Positions 49,922-63,655 are shown, counted from the whole stretch's first letter. The stretch is DNA of 63,846 bases, filler included, from Choristocarpus tenellus KU-1152 (GCA_964200185.2; 12 parts of 12 records of this genome joined end to end with filler, not necessarily neighbours in it), one strand, 5' to 3'. Notes: generated by a model from the letters alone, not told the origin. Made by a program: numbers and translations.

Positions 49922-52900
49922 TCAGCCCACATCAATAGTCCCATCGACAAAAACCTCAGGGAACCCCCCCTCTGTCTCCCTCCTTCCCTCATCCCCATCC
50001 TTCGTCTCGGTCAGGTCCTTCACACATGCCCGTAACCAACACTGTGTCCTCTTCATCCCAACCATAGCCTTGATATAGCGACGCCTTCCCTCCAGCGTAG
50101 ACACACACACATCACCTGGAAGCCGCCCAGAAACACACGTAGCTAACGATGTTGACGCCCTGGGCAGAGGGCCAGCACCAACCTCTTGACAGGCTCGAGC
50201 ACACCCCTTTTCACTGACCAATCCACCCAAGCTGCTGACAATGCTTGCTGCCTCCCCCCCTCGGAAATCTTCACACAGTCGACCAGGGTTTCCACCACCC
50301 TGAGCATCACTCATTCTCATTTCACATTGTTTGCCCCGTAGCCTCGCCATATGTACCTGGGCCTGCACGTACGCCACTGCCCCAGCAGTGTCCTGAACAG
50401 CAGCAGAGTCCCTCCGAGATGGCCAACCTAGCTTACTGTAAGTCATTGCATTTCCTTCTACAACAGGCCCCTTCATCCCACCGAACCCCTCCCGATCAAC
50501 AAATGCCTCTGGCCTGGCCATCAACACCGCCTCACCAAGGTGGGCTGAGAGTTGTCGGATGCGTGATGCTATCTCCATGCTGGATCCTCCCCTCTGGCTC
50601 TCAGCAAGAAGTAGAGCCCTGAGGCAAGAACGGATCCCATCATGGGGTGGAGAGGTGCCAAGGGCAACAGCTAGGGCCTGAGAGCACTCTTCCACGTGGC
50701 CAACAGGAATACTCTTTACCATACATGCCAAATGTAAAATAGTCGAGCATTCCGGGGTCCCCCCATCCCCCCCAGCCCCCAGAGTTGAAGTAGACAGGGA
50801 GTGTCACAGAGTAAAATTACGACAAAAAAGGATGTAGGTGTCGAGGGATGGAGAGAGGGTAGGGTAGGGTTAGAAATAAAACACCTCTTGTCATGGACAC
50901 ACTTGAGATGTTCAGATCATATATGATGTTCAAATTCAAACACGGAAAGATGAAGAGAGGGAGGTTACACCAGAAAACTGCAAAGATGCTGAAGAACAAA
51001 CTCAGGTCACAGTTAGGACCAACCATAGCATAATCATTTATTGGTCTACAAGGCATTCATGCCAGGGCTGGGACTATGCAAGACCAAAAAAGAGATCTTG
51101 AATGGCAAGGGGGAAAACGCCCCCACAGCCACTCTGAACCATACATCTATTGCCAAAAAAAAACTCTTCAACAGTCTATTGCCACAGTCAGAACAGCAAT
51201 CAACAAATAGTATCCACTCTCTCTCTCTCTCTCTCATACACACACACACACAATACTCTGGACAGGCAACAAACCTTGACCAATAGCAGCCTCTCCATCC
51301 ACAAACAAAGTTGCATCCCATCACCCAACCCTTCCATCAAACGCTTCACTTCTCCCCCCCCCGCAGAAATCAATTTCCCAGATACCGAGCTTGCCCTGGC
51401 CGTACCACCAATGACGCCCCCCCACCCCTCCCCCCAGCTCCTCCCCCAGAAGCTGCTTTTCCAATCCCTCCTCTTGGCATCAGGTGTCACAGTTAACCCT
51501 GCTGTGGCAACACCACTCTCCTTAGTAAAATCCACTTTCACCAAAGGTGGACACACTTTCAGCAGAGCACTGTCGATACATTCCTTGGCATCCTTTCCTC
51601 CCTTAAACCCCAACACCTCCTTTTCCACTGGAGGTTTTCTCATGCCCCCTTCTCCTTGCTCAGGTACTTTCCTTTGACTCAACCCTAAAGCCCAACCCTG
51701 GCCCATTCCGAAGTCCACTCTACTGGTGGTGTAACCTACCTGGGACGCAGAAAGTAAAAAGCAGAAGGGTGCCAAACAGCAACATTTACCTCCTTACAGC
51801 GATACAATGACTCACAAGATAGTCATAACCATATGTACGATATACTAGTACACACACACGTACTTGTAGGGTTAAGGTTACTGCCTGTGTGAATACTAAA
51901 GATGCAACTGTAGTCAGACACCCCTACCTTATGTAACTGTATCCGATGTGTAACACACATATATATACACACACACACACACACACATACATACATGCAA
52001 TTGGAGAGCGACCACAGTATCATTGATTTGTTGACACTGGATGGCTGCAAGACTGGCTGGTAGGCCTGTGTCTCCCAGCCTGTGTCTAAGTTGAACATTG
52101 GTGTGTATGTACAGAAGGAACACAACAGCAAGAACAAAACATGTGCTGGGTCAATCGTTCCAGGGTTAAGGGGTGTTATTTATGTATGTACGTGTGTGTA
52201 TAAATACATAACATAACAGAAGGAAGGGCACAAATATATATATATGAACGGTAGGTACGACTTAAAATATTTTTTTTTTCTCCAAAGTAAAATAAATATA
52301 TATAAAGGAGTTCCTGTTCTTACATCATAATTAAATAAAAATTAGAAATATATAAACACACATAAACAACTACATCCCCACAGTGAATTAAATTAATGAA
52401 ATACATTCACGAAGCAATCTCCCCTACACCTCAGATCTGATTACTATATTTCCTTTTATACATCATACAAAAGGAAAAGTTTTTTTTTCTTTCCTTTCTT
52501 CCTTTCCTTCTTCCCATGACCACTATTCTTGACACCACAACTCACCTTGCCTCTAGCCCTCTTCTTCTTCCCCATTGGTTCTGCTTCAGATACAGGCTCT
52601 GACTTAATGTTGGCCCTGAGAGCCACGGCTGCCAATCTCTGCTGTTGATCAGCCTATCAATATGGGACAAAGGAGACAGAAGGTGAAGAGCAACCAGGGG
52701 GGATCAGTTATAGTTGGATGTGAACCAGATCAGGAAGGCGTTTATACACCTTTTTTTGTGTCTATGACAAAGGTCGAGGGAGGGGGGGGGAGAAGACCTT
52801 GAGGAAAATTGTAGGCGAACCCCTGCAGTGAGGGAAGACTTGCAACTTCCACCATTAACCAACCCTTGGAACTGTCCCAACTATTTACACCACCAGTGAG

Positions 52901-54306
52901 CAAGTCCTGTAAGTTGGGGTATTGCATTGCAACTCTTGTTGGAATTGCTCTCCTTGATAAATACCCTACAAAGGTCATAAACTAATTTTTTTTAAATGAA
53001 CTCTAAAACATACACAAAGTCCTTAAAATACTAGCTACACATCCCACCTACTTGGCCAAATCTCCCCCATTTGCTACACGTACTAAGGTAAAAAATGAAT
53101 AATATTTATATTTTGTACCTCCAAGCACTCCACACTCCACACAACGGACTGCATCTGACTCCCACAAATCAACCAACAAATGCAACGCCAAATAATACCA
53201 ACACCCAACACACCCCTAATACACCACTCCAAATATTAAAATGAGGTTCACTTAGGAATCAGGTGGACCCCACACTTAGTGTCTCATTCATGACAGTACA
53301 ACTACAGCAGGAGAGATCCCTATTGCCTAATACCAACAAAGGATGGCCCCATTATACTCTTAACCCTGACAACAAAACCCAAGTGCCCCAAAATAAGTTT
53401 AATCAACTCGAAATAAAATAAAAAAAAAAAAAAAAACAAGAACCAAAAATAATGAAACATTTTTGTCCGTACCTGGAAGAGGAAAATCTTTCGTACTTAC
53501 GCCACCGCCTCCTGTTCCAAAAAAAATAAAATAATTACTACACCACTTCAGGAAAACAAACGTCAAATTCTGCACTTACTACTCCACTGTAAACTTGACA
53601 TGAAACCAATCAAACATAACATAACAAAAAAAAAAGAGGTCCAAACCCCCCTCCCAGACACGGCCACACCCGTGCCCCCCAAGCTCCGAGATCACCTGCG
53701 CCTGAGACAGAAACCGCTCCGAGGCAACATCTATCCATTCATCCATCTTCTTCTTGCGCCCTCCCTTATAATGAACCCTCGCCTGCCCATCCTCCACCGC
53801 AGAGACAACCCCTTCCAGCACAAGATACATACCATCAGACACCAGCACCTCCTTCCCCACACGTACTCCATTTCGTGCACGTTTCACCTTAACACCAACC
53901 CCACCCACCCCAACAGCCGCCATCTCCTTCCCCCCCCCCCCTCAGACAAAGCAGTACCTCTCTTTTCATCTCCGCGCTTGCGTTTCAGGACTGCAGTCCT
54001 CACCGCAGTCCCCCTTCCCCTATCTCCTTGTGAGTCCAAGCTCCCATGCCGAACCTCCTCGCAACCGTTCCTTGTACTTGGCACAAAATTTTCGCACCCT
54101 TCCTCACCCCCCCTCCGACCTCTGAACCCACCCTTCCCTGTACCGTTGGAGCCTATCAAGCGCCTCCCTCGTCCCATAGTCGCAGTCTTGGCCATATCTG
54201 CCTCACCATCCACTCCCCCCCTCCAACTCGGTCTCTGAACCTCAGGTTCAGGTTCCATCGAACCCCAGTCCAGTTCCTCCTGCTGTGCTGCTATCTCCTC
54301 CTGCTC
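49922..54306 (-). CDS. Tudor-knot/chromo-barrel domain protein, 3' part (exons ~54306-53696, 52653-52546, 51740-51275, ~50713-49922)
   Basis: VGKEVLVSDGMYLVLEGVVSAVEDGQARVHYKGGRKKKMDEWIDVASERF matches the VHY-x-GW-x-x-x-x-DEW pattern. It splices in phase 0 to ADQQQRLAAVALRANIKSEPVSEAEPMGKKKRARGK, with long open exons downstream. One frameshift sits in a homopolymer at ~53930-53941. Downstream exon joins are less certain. Confidence 0.65.
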
Positions 54307-54550
54307 TTGAACACACATCCAGCACACTATGGAAGCAGGGGGGGGGGAATGTAGAGATGGGAATACTACCCCCCCTACCCCCCTCCCAGCAAGTCCTCCT
54401 CCGCNNNNNNNNNNNNNNNNNNNNNNNNNNNNNNNNNNNNNNNNNNNNTTAATTAATTAANNNNNNNNNNNNNNNNNNNNNNNNNNNNNNNNNNNNNNNN
54501 NNNNGCAAGAGCCAGTAGAGGTTGGATCTTATCACTACCCCCCCCCTTAC

Positions 54551-54716
54551 CTCCTTCAGTTGGATTGATGGCATTTACTTTTCTCTTTCGTACAGATATC
54601 TTCTCCTTATTAGATGAAGAGGAAGCGTAATTGGACTCACTTCTCTGTGTCTTGAAGTTCTCGATTGGGTCAGTCATGATGTGAAAGCGTGTTTTGCCCT
54701 GTGCCTCCTTGAACAC
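54551..54716 (-). CDS. Exon of an uncharacterised gene divergent from the eIF4B-W2 gene
   Basis: Open frame FKEAQGKTRFHIMTDPIENFKTQRSESNYASSSSNKEKISVRKRKVNAINPTEG, bounded by taag and gtaagg. Confidence 0.4.
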
Positions 54717-55396
54717 TTAGAATGAGTATTAGTATGGAAGTTTCAGGGCTCAAAAGCTCTCTGCAAAAGAGGGCAATCACAATCACCAGACTGAACACTT
54801 CCACCTTAGAGGGTGAGAATGAGTTTCACAGGTCTTGACCGAGCATCCAAGTTCAGTCTCGAGGAAATTCGGAACAGAACCAAAACCTTAGCACTTAACA
54901 GATGTGATAGAATGAGTAAGCAACGTCACACCAGGAAAATGGACCAGTCAGAATCCGAATGGACCTTCGTTCTGACTGTCCTTCTGACTGTTTGGTGGTC
55001 CCTCTGGATCTTATGGATGTCTCTGGTTTTATGCTCTGGTCGATATTGGAAGTTCAATAACGTGGTTGGCGCACGAATAAGTTCATGACTATACACTATA
55101 TCCACAAAATGTGTGTGCGACATGGGAAACACCTGGTTCAAACAAAAGAAGCGATGTAGAATAGCATATCGAATGCCATTGTGTATCTTAGGATATCGTA
55201 TCGAATCTGGATGAGGGACTCGAACTGTCCGTCCGTCCATCCACCATGACACCTACATAACCATTGAGAATGTGAGAGATTCAAGGGTCACCCTCTTCTC
55301 CTCTCGATACGTTAACCCCGTAATCCTTTGACCCTAGTGCTGGTCAGGTCTTTGAATTTGCTTGAGAGAGCACCCGTGTGGGGTTGAAGGTAAAAT

Positions 55397-58366
55397 ATGT
55401 CGAAGAAAGGAGCTAAAATGAGTCTAGGGGCCTTCCTTGGTCCTCAGGCAGCCCAGGCGTCGCAGCCAGTACAAGGAAAGCACCTCCCTTCTGGTCCAGA
55501 CCCCAACAGGGAGTAAGTGCATGCGTTGCAGTACTACTATTTTTGATTCGTCCCGGGTGCTTACAGAGAAGTTTTTTGAGATATGTGCAAGATAATGGAT
55601 TGGGGAGATGAAGGACCGAGTGGCGATGGCACTACCTTTCTTACACCCCCCAATTCGTTACGCCATTGCCTTCACTTTGTTCGGCATCACCATAGACTAG
55701 CACCTTCATTCCGTTGTTTTACTCTGTTATACCTATTCCCTGCTACAGCAACGACTTCTAAAATTGAATTTTTTGGTGTTTTCACTGATTATTGCACCGT
55801 GTCCACACCATTGCTACCAAAAACATTTGCCGCAGTCCTGATGATCGCGGAGGTCGAGGGGGAAGACGCTTCGATGAAGACTATGAGGTCTCTCGTTCCG
55901 AGGGAACTGATAACTGGAGGAGAGGAGGTCCGAATGACGGGCCTGGCGGTGGGGGTGGTTTCGGAGACCGAAGAGGTGGTGGTTATGACTATGAGCGTGG
56001 TGGGATGGCGCCAGAGGAGGGAACTTGGCGTTCGCGTGCCCCACCACCGCGGGCAGGGGGTGGAATGGATGACAGGAGGGGTGGTGGAGGATCGGGGTTT
56101 GAGAGATCGGGATATGACAGACATCGCGGGGGAGAACGATTCGATGATAGACGTAGTGGACCAGGAGGATACGATGATGGTCCTGCTCCCCCAGGAGACA
56201 GACCCCGCCTCCAGCTCGCTGCACGTAGTGCCGCACTACCCTTGCCAATCATGCCGCCCAAGGTAGATACCAGTGCGGGAACTGACTCCAAATCTGCGAA
56301 TGCTCCCAAGCCCAAACCCTTAGGGCCTAAGCCCAATCCCTTCGGAGCAGCCATCGCCGTGGACACGTCACAGCGTGACATGGAGATAGAGGCCAAGGCT
56401 GCGGCGGCTCGTACTGCAGCCATGCACCGCCGAACTGAAATGCTGCGATCAGGCGGTCCATCTGCGACGGCATCTACAAGTGAGGGCGAGGTCAGTGCAC
56501 CAGGGAAGGAGGATGGAGATGAGGAGAGCAAGCCAGATTCTGGAGATCAAGGTGTAACTGTCGAGGTAAAAAACCCTGGAGATGAGGAGAGTGACGCCCT
56601 GGAAGGGGAAGCTCCGCCCAAGGGTAATGCCACCGAAGTGACTGAAGATGGGGATGGGGGCAAGACACAACCAGAGGCCCCCAAGCCCAAGCCCATGGGT
56701 CGTTGGGCTGCGCTACGGGAGGCGGAGAGTGGTGGTCGCAGTGGCAGTAGTGGTATGGGTGGCTTTGCACGCCGTGATCGTGACGATGACCGCCGTGGGG
56801 GTGGCTACGAGGAGCGCAGGGGTGGAGGTGGTGGGTTTGATGGTGGGCGCCGGGATGACAGCCAAGGATCTTTCAGGCGACGTGATGACGGGGGAAGGTA
56901 TGCCGCACTACTTCTCAAGGGTATTGATAGTTACATGTATTTCCGAAGGTCTAGAGTGCATGTGTCCTTTTGTGTGCCCTACTTCATTGTTCACCTGCTG
57001 TAACCTGCTGTTTTGAGGGATGTGTGTATGTATTTTAGATGTGGAGATGGTTAAAGGTTAAGATTTGGTGGTCCCCCAATACTCTGTCTTTTGCTTTATT
57101 TTGTGTTTTCTTTATTCTCTTTTGAGTGGAGATTATGTAGTGGGAGGAGGCAATAAGAGCATCATTAGAAGGTATCAGAGATTGAGATTATTCCTGGTGT
57201 ACTGTTGGGTTGATGGCTGTTACTTAAAATTTCCACCTCTGATACAGTCATTTTTTTCTGATATAGCTCTACCTTGATAGACTTGCTGGATACATGACCC
57301 CGCTCCAAATTGATGCACTAGGAATGAGTGTTGCTAGTTTGGCTGAGTCTCAGCACATATATAGGTACATGCTGAATGCGCTTCGTACCACATGATGTAT
57401 CAACCTGCGATGAAGGTATGATCAGCAACTTGCGAAGCGTTACCCTAGTTCTGGACGTTTTGGGCTTGTGTCTCAATTGAGTTTTTATTGTGTAAAGGGA
57501 GGCTATTTGAAAGAGTTTCCTGATCTGCTGCTTGAGAAGATCGTGTCATTCGATAAGAATTGTTGATTCGTGGCACTTTTTGATTTTCCAACCCTGGTTG
57601 TGTTCTTGGTGCCCCTTGAGAAGTCAAGTCACAGTGATCATCTTGTTTGTGCTACATAGGTGTAAGTAGAGTTAAAGAGGGAGGGAGAGAAATTGCGTGG
57701 AGATCTGACAGACAAGAGATGTTGACCTCACTCATGCTGTCTCAAAATTGTGACAAATAACTTTTTGCTGCTCTCCCTGTGTCCTCCTGAAACAGTGGAG
57801 GTTTTGGAGGGGGTCGCTTGTCGGGTATGGACCGTGAACAGCGTGAGCCACCAGCACCCCCAGCCACGAACGCCTTCGCTAGACGATTTGGACCCAACTT
57901 CGACCGTGACTCTGACCGTTCCTACCCAAGGGGGGGTGACCGGTTTGAGGATCGAGGTGGGGGAGGACGGGGCTTTGAGCGCAGAGATGATGATCGTCGC
58001 GGGGGCATGAGCATGGGTGGGGGAAGGTTTGAACGCAGGGATGATGATCGCCGGGGAATGGGGGGGGTTGGGGGTGGCGGATTTGAGCGCAGGGATGAAG
58101 AGCGTATGGGAGGGGGCATGGGCATGGGCAGAGGGAATGACCGTTGGGAAGGTGGTGCCCGAAGTGGGTATGATAGCAGACCAATGGGAGGACGAACCCC
58201 TGAGATATTAACCAGTCCTACACCCAGGGCAACAGTTGCTGTGCCAAACCGAACATCTGAAGTTGAAAAACCTGTGTCTGCTCCAGAGCCTTCTCCAGAG
58301 CCAGAAGTCGCTAAGGAAGCAGAGTCAGAACTGAAGTCTGAACCAGAACCTGAGCCCGAACCAGAA

Positions 58367-58407
<41 letters not shown>

Positions 58408-59232
58408 ACCAACTGTGGACCTGGCAGAAGTAGCACGTGAAGCTGCTGTTGAGGCACTTTCAAGTGGCAAGAAAGGGGATGATCTCAAGGCCCTGGTATT
58501 GGCCCAAGAGCCCAAGACTACAGCAGGGGCACTCCTTACGGCAGTGCTGACTGGCTATGAGACACCTCAAGATGGGGAATGGGCATCTATGAGTGAGTTT
58601 GGGGCAGCTCTTATGGCACTGGCTGTAGGGAGTTTGAAGGAGCAGATAGGAATTATCTACGCCGTGCAGCAGGCCTGCCATGAGAGAGATTTCCCCAAAG
58701 ATAAATCAGCGCCTGTTGTGCAGACAATGTTCATGAAGCTTTATGATGAAGAAATTGTTGAAGAGGATGCATTCCTGGAGTGGAAGGTGAGCATGCCTCA
58801 TGGGAGGGAGTGAAGAGAATGCAATGAATAGGATGCAAGGGACTCGTTGTGCATGTGCTAGTGAGGGTGTGCATTTTGTATCTGAAGGGTAGGTATTGGT
58901 AAGTTGCTGATTGCAGTTCTATGTAATGTTGTCCCTTGTTAGTGGGAGGTTTTTTCCTTTCCCAGGTACATACCAAACGTATTTTTACCTTGGTAGTTAG
59001 ATAGCTTGTAAGGGTGACAAACCATACCCCCCCCTCTTCCGTGATGTTGTGCTTAAGAGTGAAATTTTATTGTTTTTCTTACAAAGAAGTCTCACACTTT
59101 ATATCTGCTTCCTTGTTGTGCATGTGTCAGGACGATGTGGGAAACGAGGCACCTGGTCGCACAAAGGCAATAATGCAGACCACTTCCTATTTCCTTTGGC
59201 TTGAAACAGTTGAGGAGAGTGAAGAAGATTGA
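55397..59232 (+). CDS. Translation initiation factor: eIF4B-like RGG/DR-rich region fused to a C-terminal W2 domain (exons 55397-55512, 55836-56897, 57796-58786, 59131-59232; 756 aa)
   Basis: ATG to TGA totals 2271 nt with consistent intron phases (2,2,0). N-terminal motifs [22 protein letters not shown] and [13 protein letters not shown] are eIF4B-like. An (EP)n linker follows. The C terminus [16 protein letters not shown]...[26 protein letters not shown] has the W2 aromatic/acidic boxes. Confidence 0.9.
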
Positions 59233-61102
59233 GACCGATCCTTGCAAGAGTCAGTGAGGGGTTATTGGGATTAGCCTGCTATGGTTGTGAGGTTGGTTGT
59301 ACTGATGGTAGGTAGAGCTGGTGGTGGGAATATGAAGCTGAGTACAATGGCAGATCAACCTTTTTGGTCAAAATATGAAGGGAACCGAGTGCAGTGTTGT
59401 GCAGGTCGTGTTCGGAATGCTCTGGGACACATGACATTTGGTTGGGAGGGCTAAAATGTTGGACAGGAGAAGGGGCGGGGAAAGGGATGGGGTAAAGTGG
59501 TCAGTGAAAGGTGTTTCCTGTACAAGGTGCTGCATGAGTGGGGCATATGAAGATATGACCCTTCTCCAGAGGGTTAGAACTGCTAGTGGTTGGGAGGGAA
59601 GTCTGTGACGTGATGGTCTTGATGGCTGTAGTACTATATATGCATTTGTCTCTATTGAGTCCTTGTATGTATTGTGTGATTTTTTGAAGGGGTGATGGTT
59701 GAGGAGGGCCTGACCAAGAATTTTTTCACTTGGAACTGAATTTTTTCAAGTGCTATCTCACGTAATTTTCTGGAATGTTTGAATGGAAGGCGTCCACTCA
59801 TTGTTGGGGGGACGATATTGATTTCTTTTGAGAGGTTTGCTGTTGTCTTCCAGTAAGAGTTTGGGGTATATGGAGGTGGATGTTGGTGGAGACAAATTAT
59901 GGTTCTCGTTCATTGTTGGAGTGGATGGAGAGAGGGGGTGTAGATGTTCGTTGAGGTGAGAAAGATAATTGATTTGCATTTCTGTTTATTTGTTTAGCTT
60001 TTGAAAGCTGGAGGAGGGCAATGCAGAAGGGTGAAGGAGGTAATTGTGAGGTAGTTGACTGTTCCCATTCTCGTGATGCAAAGATTTTGGGAGCAAAGTC
60101 TAAGGGAGGGGGTGAGATGTGACACCCTAGGTCAAGAGGGGTGGTGTATCTCCTGAGAGTGAGGAGTGCTTTTTAAGAGTGTTGGTTTTTGTTTGTTCAC
60201 TGTACGCATTGCTTTTTTTGGTAGGCTTGCGTGAGGCGTACAAAGGATAATTCATCAGATTGAAAATATTTTTTAATTTCTTGTGTGATGCATTCATCGG
60301 TCCATGTGACTTTTGCAGTGCGATGGACTTCATAGTGGTTTTTTTTACATTTGACAGTGTTGATAAGAAAAAGAAACAACTGTTAACATGAGATGAATTG
60401 GGTATGATATGTCATGTCCTCAGCCGAGTTTTTGTGTAGACGTTATGAGTACATACTAATAATAGTAGCAGCTACACGTCTCCTTTTTTAGGTTCTCCAA
60501 CACACTTTTTAGTCGAAGTAATTGAGAGGTACCTACAGTTGCATGTTTAGGATGCTTACAAATATTCACAAAACTCATATTTTTTTACAATTGCCTGTAG
60601 GACTTCTTTGCATTCTGTACAGAGAAGTTTCAAAAATAGATAAATCAACACTATCTAGTCAAACTTAGCGATTCATCCGTAAAAGTATGGGTTAATTGCG
60701 AAAGATTGAAAAACTGGTAAATTTGCAAAACGCATGGGTACCTCTTGTTTACTTTGGCTTAGTAACTCTGTAGGTAATGCCAAGCATCCGCAGTGTTACG
60801 AGTGGCCCAAGTGTTGATCCACTCCAATTATGCGTTGTGCAGAGTACAGTAGTTGTAGTCATTCCCCAAGATCAAACGAAGTTGACAAAATTGATGGAGT
60901 TAAGAACTCTTTCATAATGCTCTGGGTAAGAAACGTTGCCAATTTCAGAAAAACTGGATGTGTGAAAAAGAGCAGTGAGAGTTGAAAGGATCAATTTCGT
61001 CAAGTTTGCAGTTGTTTACGTGGCATGTATATATATGTATATATATACTGTCAAAGTGCAAGTACGCAGAGACAGAAGGCACAACAATCAAGATATCCAT
61101 TT

Positions 61103-61161
61103 CAACGAATCTGGGGGGGGGGGGGTGTCTTCATGAGAGTGTCCATTTGGACCATGACCAG
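61103..61161 (+). mobile_element. Degenerate MITE family B left part at contig end
   Basis: Sequence aatctgggggg...gtcttcatgagagtgtccatttggaccatgaccag. Confidence 0.6.
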
Positions 61162-61599
61162 NNNNNNNNNNNNNNNNNNNNNNNNNNNNNNNNNNNNNNN
61201 NNNNNTTAATTAATTAANNNNNNNNNNNNNNNNNNNNNNNNNNNNNNNNNNNNNNNNNNNNGGGGGGGGGGGGGGGGGGGGGGGTGAGGATTGTCATCAA
61301 GAGGTTTTAGGAACTGAATGCATGTGTGTATTCAAAATGGTGCAGACCTTGACTTTAAAAACTCCCTTGAAACCTACGGTAGGGATGTGATCGATGCTGT
61401 GCCTGCCCCTCCCCCCCCCCCTCTCGTTATGAATTGTCATGACAGCAAGTCGTGGTATTGATGGGGCTAGAAAAATGTCAAAAAAAAAATCTTGTATAGT
61501 TCTTTCTGTTGATGAGGTAGTGAAAATTGTATTTCTGGTTTTGACCAGTCTTGGGCTGTACTGGTGCTTGCAAAGGAAGCTCCTCCTGTGGTTGGCGGA

Positions 61600-62030
61600 A
61601 GAATATTCAATTATTGGATGAATTGCTGTCGTCACAATTTGGATAGGCGTGAAGGGAACCCATGAGAGGTAATTGCCCGGGGTATGTTATGAGGTGATGG
61701 AGAAGAAATACCCATTTCACCCCTTCCTCAACCTCAGTCGCCGTGCTCTTGGAAGAATGCCCCAAGTCTACACTTGCTCGAAGTGTAGGCGAGAACATCG
61801 ATCTGTACATTAGGGGCGTGTAGTGCCTTGGACATAGATCCTGTGATGTGTAATCCCTTGCATTCTAGTGGTGAGGTCTGAGGTGACTGGGTGAGAGTTA
61901 CAGTTGCTGCAGAAAAGTAGTCTCATCTGATCGTGTTGTTGGTCTCAATGTGGGGTAGTTGGAAAAGGTGTGTCCTGTAAGTCCGCTCCAAATTGGGGAC
62001 GTGAATATGTCGAGTTCAACGACAGACTGC
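61600..62030 (-). pseudogene. Possible non-LTR reverse transcriptase relic
   Basis: TATEVEEGVKWVFLLHHL weakly resembles the GV-x-QG-x-x-LSP-x-L motif. Very decayed. Confidence 0.2.
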
Positions 62031-63233
62031 GGAAATTGTTTTGTTTTGTTTTTTAACGATTAAAACACAGTGAGAGAAGAAAAAAAAAAGTTATTGAATG
62101 AACCCCGGCAAGACTTGAGTAGTCTGTAGTGTATGTAGTCCTGGCTCGAATGGAGTTGTTATATTGGTACGTGAAGTTGATTGGTGTGGAAAAGGGGTTT
62201 TGTATTGGTTGAATGGCGCAGCATGTGGTCATATTTCTGTGATCATGGTGGGGTGATTGTGTCCCATGATAGTGTTCGCAATGAAGTAGTAGTGTTGGTG
62301 TGGTGTGTGGCTAGACTCGGGGGGGTATTAATAGTTCATTGAGTGTGGAATGATCAAAAGGTTGTGTGTGTGTGTGTGTTCCATTACCATTGATGGTGTT
62401 TGGATGTCACAACTGATTGATGCTTCAGGTGCAGTCTTAGTGTGAGTGCAGCAAGGATGGTAAAACCGTTGTTGAGGGCATACCTCAGCATGAGTTGTGG
62501 ATTGAGAGGGGTGCTTGGAGGTACAATAACGGTTGGCTTGCTGTGTGTCTAGAAGTTCAGTACGGGAGCCTCCAGATGAAACCACACAGAGAGAGGGCAT
62601 GAACCACAATACCCAATCGTAACGCCTGTTTGGTTGACAAGACTTGGACCCGAGCTCATGAATTACATATCGTGAACGCATTGCGCACCTCTCTTGATGT
62701 GTGTAACTGTCAAAAAGGTCCTGGTTCCTCACCTAGGCCTTCTGACTGGGGGGGTGACTACGCCGGATGAGGTCGGACGGGACCTTAAGAGCATCATGTA
62801 TGACCTCAGTCACCTTGGACTGAGCACTGAGGTGATGCTGTGGAACTGTAACTGTAAGGGTAGGAGGTGTGATGGTACCTCATCAGGCAAAAGTACAAGT
62901 ACAGTGCTCTTAGGGTGCGGTATGTTATGGTTTTACAATGGTACTTTGTTATGTTTTGGTTGAGTTGGTGTGTGTTTCAAGAGTGTATCGCCCGTGTGTG
63001 TTTTGATTGGAGTACAGCACCGGCGGGGTTGAACTGGTGATTCTTTTTTTTCTGATTGAAGAGTTCTTGTGTGAGGACAGAAGAGGTGGTGAGAGCTATT
63101 GATTGCGTTTTTATTTATTTCCCTGAGTACGGTGCTATTGTGTAATGCTGCGATGTTGTTGTGTGTGTGTGTTTTTGGCTTGTGGGGTGTATAGAGAGCT
63201 GGCCATCCATCGTTTGTCAATATCAAGATGAAT

Positions 63234-63277
<44 letters not shown>

Positions 63278-63404
63278 GGTGGTTGGGGGGGGGGTGTGGT
63301 TTTTTTTTTTTGTTTTTTTGGGGTTGGTGGGGTTGGAAAAGTTTTTATNNNNNNNNNNCCCCCTCCAGGCCTCTGGGGGGCTGTGGGGTTGCGGTGGTGG
63401 GGGT

Positions 63405-63443
<39 letters not shown>

Positions 63444-63655
63444 GGTTAGGGATGATTGGCTTGTTGTTTTGGGGGTAGAATTGTGATGTTTTTTTAAGTT
63501 GTGATGGCATGGTAGGGACTGAAATAGTATTACTTGTGTGTGGGAAGCAATTTTGTGTGGGTTAGGGTTAGGGTTAGTGTTAGCTGAATGCTCCACCTTC
63601 GGGTCCATCATATTTATTCACCCACCTCTCCTTCAAAAAATGATACATGCTACAG

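Noticed and set aside
53930-53941. Programmed frameshift in the Tudor-knot gene
   Set aside because: It falls in a long C/G homopolymer, so a length error in the assembly is far more likely.
55583-58515. Overlapping alternative-frame and antisense ORFs over the eIF4B-W2 gene
   Set aside because: Shadow ORFs of GC-rich repetitive coding sequence.
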